From contig CAVTTN010000002.1 in assembly GCA_963737655.1 (NCBI GenBank), positions 3,040,001 through 3,104,000 of the forward strand: 64,000 nt of DNA, written 5' to 3'. A program made the position numbers and the translations under genes. The DNA is from an uncultured Planctomycetota bacterium. GTDB taxonomy: Bacteria > Planctomycetota > Planctomycetia > Isosphaerales > Isosphaeraceae. Below, one piece after another: positions 30,401 to 41,300 of this stretch. The notes under the pieces were generated by a model, which was not told the origin of the DNA, did no database searches, and saw only the letters and a program-made list of their open reading frames with translations. Position 1 is the first letter of the stretch. The number at the start of each line of letters is the position of its first letter.

Positions 30401-33400
30401 TCAGCCGGGAGTCGCCCATCGCTCGCGAAGGCCTGCCAGCCACTCGGAGGAGGGCAGGCCGTAGGGGCGGAACTTCTCCATCCGGGCCTGCTCCTCGCTG
30501 GCGAACAGGGCGCGGCTGGCCCGAGCTTGCTGGCCAGGGGGGAGTCGATCAGGTTGCTGGAGTCGCCGGGGCTCGATCTGGAAGAGAACGCGGAGCTCGA
30601 ACTCGCGGAGGGCCTGGCGGTCGAAGGCGCGATTGGCGTTGTTCAGCGAGTCGCACCAGATCAGGACGTGGACGCCGACCGGCGGGCCGTCTCGGAGGAG
30701 GGTGCCGAGGAGCTTGCCGGGGTTCGCCGGCTTGTCCTCGCCCCTCCGGGAGAAGCTGAAGTCGTCGTCCGACTTCCTCAGGTCGCGGAACCTCGGCATG
30801 TCGTGGATCAGGACGAAGCTCGGGGCCGATTCGGCGCCTCCTCCCTGGCGATCGGCCACCTCGGCCGAGGCTTCGGTGAGGATTCGGGCCGCGTCGCGGA
30901 TCCCGCCGACGGAGACCGAGTGCGGGAGGACCTCGGCGAGCTTCGCCAGGGTGCCGAAGAACGGCGAATCTTCGGGCGTCCCATCAAGGATGTAGAACTT
31001 CGAGGCGAGCGGCACCTGCGCCCCCAGGCCGAGGATGGCGGCGAACATCAGGCCGATGGCCATCTCGTCGTTCTGGCCGATGATCAGGAGGTTCGCGCCC
31101 CCTGGGCCCGGAACGTGGCGGCGGTGGGGTCCTTGATCGCCACGGCCTCGCCGAGCCAGGCGTGGGCGACACGCCCTCCGGCCGTGGCGAGCTCGCCCCT
31201 CGTCGCGAGGAAGGCCGGATGGCGGGCGAGGTCCGACGGCTTATTGCCTTCGAAGACGATCTGGTCCTTGCGGTCGAAGCCTTGCTGGCGGGCCATCTCG
31301 GCGAGCGTCTTGAGGTAGGCCTCGCGGCGGGCGTCGGGCAGCCAGACGACCTGGAAGATGTGGTTGCCCTCGCTCGATCCGTTGGAGTCGTTGTAGATCG
31401 CCTCGCCGGGCCTCGACAGGTTCCTCGCGGCGGCGTTGTCCTCGTTCAGGATCAGCTGGGCGTCGGCTTCCGAGCACTGGAGGGCCACCCGGATGGCCAT
31501 CTGCCCGAGCGTGCTCCTCGCGAGCGAATAGGCCCCGCTGAGGGTCTGTGAACCGAGGATCACGTGGACGCCGAAGGCCCGGCCTTGCCGGACCAGGCGG
31601 TCAAGGAGCAGGCTGGATTCCTGGGCGAGCTTGTCGTCCTCGACGAAAAATTCCTGGAACTCGTCCACGATGAACAGGATGCGAGGCATCGGCTTGCCGG
31701 TGGCCTGGCGATATCCGGCCACGTCCTGGACGCCGAGGTCCCGGTAGATGTCGCCCCGGGTCTTCAGCTCGACGTCCAGCCTCTGCAACACGCTGAGGCC
31801 GAACTCGCGCTCGCTCTCGACGGCGATCACCCGGGCGTGGGGCAGGCGGTGGGTGGCGTAGGTCTTGAACTCGACGCCCTTCTTGAAGTCGAGGAGGTAC
31901 AGCTCGATGTCGTCCGGGCTGTAGATCAGGGCCGCGTTGGTGATCAGGGCGTGCATCAGCGTCGATTTACCGGAACCGGTCCGGCCGGCGATCAGGACGT
32001 GCTGCGAGGTCCCCTTGCCCAGCTCCATCGGCTGCAACTTGGTGGCGCCGGCGCGGCCGAGGGGGACGCTCACCAGCGATCGGCTGTCTCCCTTCCAGTA
32101 GTCTTCTCGCTTCGGCGCGATGACCTCGAACGGCACCTCGACGCGGTTGGCCTCCCTCGCCGCGGTGCCGACGGCGTGGAGGAGCTTCGTGAATCCGTCT
32201 CCCGGCGGAGGCGAGTCCAGCGAGAGCGGAAAGGCCTGATAATTCGGGTCGCGGAGGACGAACTTGCCGTTGTGCCAGACGAGCTTCGCGGAGTGCATCT
32301 CCAGGTCGCGGCGATCGGTATTCACCGGGAAGGGCTGGGCCGTGTCGATCCCCAGGACGAGGTAGACGCCGCACCGGGGGCCGCTCTTGGCGATCGCCGC
32401 CAGCCTCTTGGACGACGATTCGGCGAACCCGGTGGGGAAGTCGGCGATCACGAGGACCCGGTACGGCTCGGCGACCTCGCCGGCCTGGGTGTTGTACTGC
32501 TCGATCGTGGCGAACTCGTTGCGGAGGTACCGCTGGATCACGGTCTCGATGTGGCTGTTGATCTCGGCGAGCCGGGCGTCGATGTCCTGAGGGTCGGTCC
32601 AGATGTGGCCGTTGACCAGCGCCTCGGAATAATCGGCCAGGTGCATGAAGGCGGCGAACGAACGGCCGAGGCCGACCGGGTCGATGATCGTGAAGCGGAC
32701 CTTGCCCGGCGGCAGCCCGGTCAGGAACCGGAGCATCACGGCCTGCATCGCGTCGATGGCCTTCTTGCGGCCCTCGTCGCCGGAGAACTCGACGATCACC
32801 GACGAGGTGTCGGGGAAGTCGAGAAGGGCGGGCAGGAGGAACTCGTCGGGGGCCATCGCGCGGAGCCGATCGTCCTTCGAGGGGCCTCCGGGGAAGCTCT
32901 CCAGCTTCAGGAGGACCTCGCCGATCCTCAGCGCCGGAGGCAGGCCGGGCACGGGCTTCCACGGCGTCCCGTTGGCCCGGGCCCAGTCCGGGAACCGGGG
33001 ATCGACGGCCGATCGCACCCGGGCGATCTCGGCCGAGAGGGCGTCGATGCCGGCCTTCCAGACGTTGGCCAGCGCGTCCCAATCCGCCTTGCGACGGGCC
33101 TCCGCCTCGGCGATCGCGGAGCGGTAATCGGCGAGGGCCTTCTCGGTGGCCGAGGTGTGTTCGGCGGCGATCTCGGCGGATCGGCGCGTCTCGGTCTCGG
33201 CGGCCTGGCGGAGGAGCTTATCCCGGGCCTCGACGATCTCGGCCCTCTGGCCCGTGGCCTTTTCGTCCGCCTCGCGGACCTTCTCCAGCTTCGTCCGATC
33301 GGCGTTTTCGCGGATTCGGTCGCGATCGGCGGTGGCCTTGTCCATCTCGGCGACGCGGCGGGCCGTGGCCTCGGCGACCCGTCGGTCGTGGACCTCGGCG

Positions 33401-34344
33401 ATGAAGGGTTTGGCGGCGGTCGCCAGCGCCTCGGCGTCGGCGAGGGCCTGGAGCAAGGGGAGCCGCTCCCGGGCGATGCCGGTCCTGGCGCCTCGGACGA
33501 TCAGGGTCCGTACCCCCCAGCCGATGGCCCCGGAGACGATCACGCCCAGGATCGAGCCGACGATCGGGCCGAGGAAGAAGACGGCCGGGGCGATCAGCAG
33601 GAGGGCGGGCAGCACGAACGCCCAGGCGATCCTCGGCCCCCGGAACGACTGGGCGACCGACAGCCCTTCGAGCTTCAAAAGGGCCGCGTCGGCCGCCACG
33701 ATGGCCGCATGGAGGGGCGGAAAGGGGTCCTCGGCCGGGTCGATCGTGATCGGGGTAATTTCGGCCGCCTGCGGGACGCGATACCCCTTGTAGAGGCCCA
33801 GGATGATCCCGGTGGCGTCCTGGAGGACCTTGAGCGTCTCGCGCTCGGCGGCCAGGAGCTTTAGGTGCTCGGCCCGCCACTCCTGGGCGCCTTTCTCGGC
33901 GGTCTCGAAGACGGCCGACGCCTCCCATCGGGCGGACTCGAACCGCGATTCGGCCCCCTCGACGTCCCGGCGATGGCGGGCGAGGGCCGTCTTCCGGCTC
34001 TTCTGATGCTCGGCCTCGACGGTTGCGGTCCTGGCCTGGAACTGCGAGTTGGCGCCCGACCGGATCTTGGCGACCAGGGCCCGGAACTCGGCGGTCTCGG
34101 CGTCCCGTCGGGCGTCGGCGGCCTGGATCGCGGCGGATCGGGCCTCCTCGGCCCGGCGGATTCGGGCCTCGAAGACGGCCGCCGTTTTGGTCTCGGCCTC
34201 GGCCCGGGCGGAGGTCAGCCGGGCGAGCTCGCCGGGGATCTTCGACCATCGGGCGTGGATGGACGGGCCGGCGGGGTGGCCTTCCCCGTGATGGGGTTCC
34301 GTCCGGGGCGTGGCCCCGGCGTGGGCGAGTTCAGGAGCGGCCAT
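30401..34344 (-). CDS. FtsK/SpoIIIE-domain ATPase, EssC/EccC-like (about 1314 aa after indel correction)
   Basis: Coiled coil-2TM-coiled coil, degenerate P-loop domain, intact Walker A GRTGSGKS, LDFKKGVEF, Walker B ILFIVDEFQE, RQGRAFGVH, RPGEAIYN. A frameshift in a G5 run (about 31100) joins ORF 30401-31063, a second degenerate ATPase domain (LLRDGPPVGVHVLIW). Confidence 0.88.
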
Positions 34345-34347
34345 GGG

Positions 34348-34560
34348 TCAGGAGCATTCCCGGTAGATCCGTGAGAGGACGTCGCAGAGCGCCTGCATCG
34401 CCCGGAGGGTGGCCGTGGCCTGGGATTCCATCGGAATGATCCGCCTCTCCTCGAAGTCCTGGCGGACCACGTCCCGCCAGCCGTCGCCGGTCTCGTCCCA
34501 GCGGGCCAGCAGGGTCTTGGTCGCGTTGCGAAGCTGGGCGGTGCCGGAGCCGACATACAT
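34348..34560 (-). CDS. Small WXG100-like helical hairpin protein (70 aa)
   Basis: Helix-GWRD-helix; 1-bp and 3-bp gaps to its neighbours. Confidence 0.75.
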   Translation of the reverse strand: MYVGSGTAQLRNATKTLLARWDETGDGWRDVVRQDFEERRIIPMESQATATLRAMQALCDVLSRIYRECS

Positions 34561-34561
34561 C

Positions 34562-35209
34562 TCAGCGTCCCTCCTCGACCGGAGCGGGCCCGGCCTCCTC
34601 GGCCTGTTGCGTCGCGGGTTCGGCCTCGGCCTTGGACGCCGGAGGGGCCGCGATCGTTCCCGTCGTCGAGACGGCCGCCGGGGCGGACGACGCGCCGACC
34701 GCGGGCCGGGCCGGCTGGGTCTCGGGCGGGGCGATCCGCGAGTATTCTTCGATGGCCACGATCATCCGATCGACCATCGCGATCGATTGCTGGAGTTCGT
34801 ATTCCAGCATGTCCGCCAGGGGCCGGGCCCGGCCGTCGTACTCGCCCACGGCCTGTTCCAGCTGGGGAATCCAGCGGCGGACGGTCTCCAGCTTCTCCTC
34901 GGCCTCCTCCAGGTGGACCTTCGCCTTGCGGACCGCCTCGCGCTGCTCGGAGTCGTGGGCGTTCGAGCCGTCCTTCGCGCCCAACTGCTTGCGGAAGAGC
35001 TCGGCCTTGGCGTTGGAGAGGTCTTCCTTCCTCCTCTTGATCTCGGTCTGCCAGTGGATGCGCTGGTCGTGGGTCAGCCAGTCGATGCACCGGCGGATCT
35101 CCATCTCCATCGCGCCGAGCGCATGCTTGGCGTCGTCGCCGAAGAGGGCGAGCGACTCTCGGACGGCCTCCAGGACGTCGACCGACGAGACATCGACGGG
35201 CAGTGCCAT
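34562..35209 (-). CDS. Coiled-coil protein, WXG100-like N-terminus, Pro/Ala-rich tail (215 aa)
   Basis: All-helical (VDVSSVDVLEAVRESLALF...), GGGAGG RBS, in operon with WXG100 and FtsK. Confidence 0.75.
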   Translation of the reverse strand: MALPVDVSSVDVLEAVRESLALFGDDAKHALGAMEMEIRRCIDWLTHDQRIHWQTEIKRRKEDLSNAKAELFRKQLGAKDGSNAHDSEQREAVRKAKVHLEEAEEKLETVRRWIPQLEQAVGEYDGRARPLADMLEYELQQSIAMVDRMIVAIEEYSRIAPPETQPARPAVGASSAPAAVSTTGTIAAPPASKAEAEPATQQAEEAGPAPVEEGR

Positions 35210-35234
35210 CGGGATCGGGCCTCCCCTGGGCTAG

Positions 35235-35507
35235 CTAGCGTTGCCTGAGGTATTCCTCGGCACGGTCGGCCTTCCGGACGAGGAACGGGATGTGCTCATC
35301 GGTGACCTCGATGAATCGCGTGATCACCTGCATGGTCTGCTCGAATTCCTCGGTGAACTTCTCGTGCTCGCGGTCCCGCCAGCTCTGCGAGAGGTTCATG
35401 AGCTGGCCGTGGAGCGCCGTGAGGCTCTCGGAAAGCTCCATGTTGAACTGCTTGAGGTTGTTGGCGAACCGGCGGAGCTCCTCCGGATCGACATTGGCCT
35501 GGGGCAT
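35235..35507 (-). CDS. WXG100/ESAT-6 family protein (90 aa, WRD variant)
   Basis: MPQANVDPEELRRFANNLKQF...LSQSWRDREHEKFTEEF...; EsxA-like VDPEEL start, central Trp, size; GGAGGG RBS. Confidence 0.9.
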   Translation of the reverse strand: MPQANVDPEELRRFANNLKQFNMELSESLTALHGQLMNLSQSWRDREHEKFTEEFEQTMQVITRFIEVTDEHIPFLVRKADRAEEYLRQR

Positions 35508-35617
35508 GGGAGGTCCCTCCGACCGGCCTGGGCTCGCGATGGGGCACGACCCTTCCCAGGCTATCCGTCGCGGAGGCCGATGTAAAGCGACCGCCGTTGG
35601 ATGCATGGCCCGCATCC

Positions 35618-37578
35618 TCATGTCGAGTGCATTCTTCCAATCCCCATCGCCTTGCGGATCGCTTCGAGGGCCCTCGGGTCCTCCAGCCCCGTGAGGTCGC
35701 CGGCCGGCTCGCCCAGTGCGGAAGCCCGGATCGCCCTCCTCACCACCTTGCCGCTCCGAGTCTTCGGCAATTCGTCGAGGAAGACCACGCGAGACGGCGC
35801 GAACGACTTGCCGAGGGCCTCGGCGACGACGCCTCTCAGCTCCTCCATGAGCCGGCTCGCTTCGAACATCGGGACCTTCACCACGACGAACGCCCAGACG
35901 GCCTCCCCCTTGATCGCGTCGGGCACGCCCACGGCGGCGGCCTCGGCCACCCAGGGATGGCCGGTCAGGGCCGATTCGATCTCCGCCGGGCCGACCCTCT
36001 TGCCCGAGACCTTGATCGTGTCGTCGCTCCGGCCGTGGAGGAACCACTGGCCGAACTCGTCCACCGAGGCCCAGTCGCCGTGCGCCCAGACGCCCGGCCA
36101 TCGCGACCAGTACGCGGCGCGATACCGCTCGGCGCGTTCCAGAACCCCCGGGTCATCCCCGGCCAGGGCTTCCGACACACCAGCTCCCCGACCTGCCCTC
36201 GGACCGATTTCCCTTCGGGATCGACCACGTCCACGGCCATCCCCAGGCTCGGGCCGCCGAGCGAGCCGGGCTCCAGGCGATCGGTCGGGAACGGCGACAG
36301 GAAGCATGCCCCGACCTCGGTGCCCCCGGAGAAATTCATCACCGGGCATCGGCGTCGGCCGACCGTCTCGAAGTACCAACGCCACGGGCCCGGGTTCCAC
36401 GTCTCGCCCGTCGAGCCGAGGATTCGCAGGGAGGCGAGGTCGTGCGAGAGGACCGGCCCGTCCCCGTGCTTCATCAGGGATCGGACCAGAGTGGGAGAGA
36501 CGCCCAGGATCGTCACGCGATGCCTGGCGACGATCGACCACAACCGATCGACGTCCGGGAAATCCGGCACGCCTTCATACAAGACGATCGTCCCGCCCAT
36601 CGCGAGCCCGCCGACGACCTCCCACGGGCCCATGATCCAGCCCATGTCCGTGAACCAGAAAAGTCGGTCCTCCGGCGTCAGATCGACCTGGTGGGCGACC
36701 TCCTGGGCGATCTTCGCGAGGAACCCGCCGTGGACGTGGACGGCGCCCTTCGGCCGTCCGGTGGTCCCGGAGGTGTACGCGATCAAGAATGGATCTTCCG
36801 AACTCATCGATTCGTTCGGCGCGTCGTCCGGGGCGGCCTCCGCGAGTTCTTCGAGCCAGGAATCCCGGCCCGAGCGCATGGAAACCGGGACGTTCGCACG
36901 GCGGACGACCAGGACATGGCGGACCGTCGGGCTGGAATCGGCGGCGAGGTCCGCCACGTCCTTCAAACGAATGATCGCGCCCTTGCGGAAGAATCCATCG
37001 GCCGTGACGAGCACGCAACTGCCCGAGTCGCGGAGCCTCTCGGCCACGGCCTCGTGACCGAATCCCGAGAAGATCGGCAACGCGATGGCGCCGATCCGGG
37101 AGACGGCGAGGAAGGCGGTGACGACCTCGGGGATCATGGGCAGCATCAAGGCCACGCGGTCCCCCCGGCCGACTCCGAGAGACTTCAATACCGAGGCGAC
37201 CCGGCATGTCTCGGCCCGGAGTTCTCGATAGGAGAACGTGCGAACCGGGCCGTCCTCGCCTTCCCAGATCAGGGCCGACCGGTCGCCTCCGGGCGAGTCG
37301 GCATGGCGATCGAGGCAGTTGTGAGCGACGTTCAACCGCCCCCCGACGAACCATCGGGCCCATTCCGGGCCGTCCGATGCGTCGAGCACGCGCTCATAGG
37401 GCTCGAAGAAGTCGATCGGCAGTTCCTTGACCACGGCATCCCAGAACCATTCGATGTCTTCAACCGACCGGAGCCGCAACTCGTCCACCGTCGCCAGGCC
37501 GAGCCGGCGGGCGAACCGCGAGACGTTGCAGCCTTCAACCATTTCGGGGGGAGGCGTCCAGGCAAACGGGGCGTCCAT
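35618..37578 (-). CDS. AMP-forming acyl-CoA synthetase (acetate/acetoacetate-CoA ligase family), frameshift near 36135
   Basis: WFVGGRLNVAHNCLDRH, YTSGTTGRPKG, TDMGWIMGPW, SGGTE, HGDW, GRSDDTIKVSGKR, LPKTRSGK. Confidence 0.9.
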
Positions 37579-37590
37579 CGCTCGTCCTCG

Positions 37591-38199
37591 TCAAGAGGGC
37601 CGGCGGAGATCGAAGAGGTCGGAGGTCCGGCAATAGAAATCCCCCCCGAGACGGCCGATCGTCCGCAGCTTCCTCGGGTCGATCCGGCCGTTCTCGTCGA
37701 AGAGCGCGTCCTCGACGTGAATCGCGAGGACTTCTCCGATGACGAGGTTCGCCGCCATGGGACCGTCGCCGATCGAGACGATTTGCAGGACCCGGCATTC
37801 CATGTGGGCCGGCGACTCGGCCACCCGGGGCGGCTTGACCTTGAACGAGGGCACCAGCGTCAAGCCGGCCAGGTCGGCCTCGCTCTCGCCCCGGGGAAGT
37901 TCGGCCGACGACAAATTCATGGCTTCGGCGACCGACTCCGCCACGGCGTTCAGGACGAACTCGCTGCCCGCCTCGACGTTCAGGAGCGTATCTTTCCGAC
38001 CGCCATCGCGGCGGACGGTGGGCGAGAACACGACCACGGGCGGGTTCGACCCGAACACATTGAAGAAGCTGTACGGGGCGAGGTTCACCCGGCCGGATTC
38101 GTCGAGCGTCGTGACCCAGGCGATCGGCCTCGGCGTGACGATCCCGACGAGCAGGTGGTACACATCCACGGGCGACACGGTTCCAACGTCAATTTGCAT
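37591..38199 (-). CDS. Flavin reductase family protein (DIM6/NTAB)
   Basis: PRPIAWVTT, NLAPYSFFN, KDTLLN, PPRVAESP, GRLGG. Confidence 0.92.
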   Translation of the reverse strand: MQIDVGTVSPVDVYHLLVGIVTPRPIAWVTTLDESGRVNLAPYSFFNVFGSNPPVVVFSPTVRRDGGRKDTLLNVEAGSEFVLNAVAESVAEAMNLSSAELPRGESEADLAGLTLVPSFKVKPPRVAESPAHMECRVLQIVSIGDGPMAANLVIGEVLAIHVEDALFDENGRIDPRKLRTIGRLGGDFYCRTSDLFDLRRPS

Positions 38200-38310
38200 G
38201 AATGCCTCTCGGGGACATCGCCTCGATCGGAAGAGAGCCCTGGTTCCGGCGGGATTCGAGCCCTTCGCCGAGACGGACCCGACGAAGGACCCGGCGATCC
38301 TACCCGAAAC

Positions 38311-41300
38311 TCATTTCGTGGCCGACTTGCTCTCCAGATCGAGCTGGATCTTGCGGAACCGGACCTCGGTCGGCCCCCCCGAGTGGAGCTGGAAGCCGAA
38401 GATGCCTCGCCTCGCCCCGGCGGGATCGTTGAGATCGACGCACGTCTTCCCGTTGATCCTGGTCACGATCTTCGGTCCGATCGCGACGACCTCATACGTG
38501 TTCCAGTCGCCGGGCTTGACGAACGCCTCGCCCGACTTGTCCCACAGGAGGCCGCGGCCGTTCTCCTCGTAGAGCTTGCCCCACCAGCCGGCGCCGATGT
38601 CGGCCTGATCCCCCTTCATCTCGCCGTCGGCGAGGCTCTGGCTGCGGAACTGGAGGCCGCTGTTCCCCTCATTCTTGACGAGCTTGACCTCGAACGAGAG
38701 GCGGAAGTCCTCGGCGGCCAGCTCGGAGCGGAGGAACTCGTTCCGCTTCAGGCCGGTCGTTCGGCCCACGATCTCGCCGTCCTCGACGCTCCAAAGCTTC
38801 GGGTCGCCTTGCCACCCGGAGAGGTCCTTGCCGTTGAAGAACGCCTTCGCCGTCTCGGGCGTGGCGAGGAGCGGCACCTGATTGGGGCTGGCGAGATAGG
38901 CCACGAGCGACCGGACCTCGAAATCGGTGAGGGGCGTCCAGAGGTCATCGGGCATCATCGACTTGTCGCTCAACTTCCGCTCGTCGATCTCCCCTTTGGG
39001 GACGATCACGGTCTCATTGGCGGTCACGAGAGTGATCGCGTCCTTGTCCTCGGCCCGGACGATCCCGGTCAGGGTCCGGCCGTCCTTGGTGGCGATCACG
39101 TGGGCGAGATAGTCCTTGCCGATCAGGGCGTTCGGGTCCAGGACGTTCGAGAGGACGTATTCGAGGTCCGCCCGATTCGAGCCGGTGAGCTCCGGCCCGA
39201 CCTTCCCGCCCGTCCCGAACAACGTATGACATTGCGAACAGGTCTTCGCGTACATCGCACGGCCGAGCATGACGTCGGGCGCGCCGGTGTAACCCGCCCG
39301 GACGATCCCCCGGTACTTCGTGATCAGCCTGGACTTGTCCGGATCGGTGTCGCGGACCGCGCCCCAGACCTCGGCGATCCGCGAGTTCACGGAGTCGTCC
39401 TTGAGGTTGCGGAGCTGGCGGATCAGGTCGGCCGAGAGCTCCGAGGGGGCGATCGTCTTGACGGCCACGGCATCCAGCATGGCCCGGGCCGAGCGAGGAC
39501 GCGCCGCCAGGGTGTTCAGGGCGTCACGCTTGTCGGCCGTCGTGAGGTCGGGATAGGCTTTCAGGAGGAGTGCGGGCGTCTCGGCGTCGTCGTAGGCGGC
39601 GAGTCCTCGGATGGCCGGGCCTCGCAAGGCCGGGTCCGTTTCGGCCTTGGCGACCAGGTCCCTCAAGGTCGCCGAAAGCTCCGGATCGTGGACCTTGAGC
39701 AGGGTCGTCAAGGCCGCCAGGCGTCGCGAGGTCTCGGCCCGGCCGTCTTCGAGCGACTTGCGGACCTGGGCCAGCGCCGACGGGTCGCCGAACGTGACCC
39801 CGAGCAGAACGGCTCGCGAGCGCAGGCCCTCGTCCGATTCCTTCGCGAGTGCCCGAGACACCGCCGGCCATCCCTTCGGCATCGCGGCCTGGCGGCGCCC
39901 CTTCAGCGCCTCGTCGATCCCGCCCAGGAGGGCCGCCTTCTGATCTCCGCTCGTCGCCTTGCCGAGCACGTCGACGAGGAGCGCGATGGCCTCGTCGGTC
40001 CCGAGAGACGCCACTCGTCGCGTCATGAACGGCAACGTGTTGGGCAGCTTGCTCGAAAGGGCGAGCGCCATCGCCCGGGACGCGTCCGCCGCGGCGAGCG
40101 GCTCGGCCGCGTACCAGGTCATCAGGGGCAGATTCGGGTCGTTCGCATCCTCGGCGTGACCGAGGAGGCCGGCGAGCACGTCCCATCGCTTCCCCAGGGG
40201 CAGCCTCTGGAGGGCCGAGGCCAGCGAGAGCCGGACCACCGGCGACGCATCCGCCTTCGCCATCTCGACGAACCTCGCGAGGATCGCGGCCGACGGCTCG
40301 CCGTCCTCGACCGCCAGCCTCACGGCCCACGATCGGTAGTGCGGCTCCGGATTCGCCAGGGCCGTCGCGATCTCGGAGTCCTCACGCATGCCGCCGACGG
40401 CTCGGGCCGTCAGGAGAGCACGGATCTGGACCTGCGCATCTTCGGCCGCTTCGGAGGAGAGCGTCTTGAGCAGGGCTCGGGCCTCGGGATCGTTCCCACG
40501 CTCCTGGAGAATCCTCCGGGCGTGCCGGGCCTTCCACTCGTTGTCGGATTTCTGGAGCGTCACGAGTTCGGCCGTGCTCATTTTTCTCAGATCCACCGGC
40601 CTGACCTTCGCGTCTCCGTAAACGACCTTGAAGATCCGCCCGTTGGTGCGGTCGTGGGCGCCGTCCTCGACCCGGTGGCACTGGTTCTTGTCGTACCAGT
40701 CGATCATGTACGCATTGCCGTCCGGCCCGTACTTCAGGCTGACGATCTGCGACCAGCTATCGTTGGCGAAGAGGAAATCCGGGGCGTGCGAGCCGACGAA
40801 CCCCGAACCCTTGGGGGCGAGGATGTCGCGGTTGAGCCTGGCCCCGTGGATGTTGTTCATGAAGAGCGAGCCGCGATATTCCTTCGGCCACGCCCCGCCG
40901 AGGTAGATCATCGCGCCGGAGTGGGCGTGGCCGCCGCCCATCGAGTCGGACCGGCCGTTGCCCGCATGGGGGTTGCCGCCGACGTAATGGCGGTGATCGG
41001 CGATGGTCTTGATGTCGTCATAGGTAAACGGATTGAAGTGCGGGCCGGCCTGCCGTTCGTAGCGCCCCCCCGGGATCATCTCGTAGAGGTGGGGGATCAC
41101 GCAGGAGGTGATGAATGCATCTCCATTTTCATCCCAGTCGATGCCCCAGGGGTTGCTCGTGCCGTGGGCGAAGACCTCGAACTTGTCCTTCGTCGGGTGG
41201 TACCGCCAGATCCCGGCGTTGATGCCGACCCGGTTCGCCTCGGGAGTGCCGGGCTTGCCGACGAGCGAGTGGGTGAACACGCCGTGGCAGCCGTAGAGCC

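Noticed and set aside
30401..31063. Separate EccCb-like gene (split ATPase as in ESX-1)
   Set aside because: Adding one G to a G5 run fuses it in frame with the upstream ORF, matching the error pattern elsewhere; reads are needed to exclude a real split.
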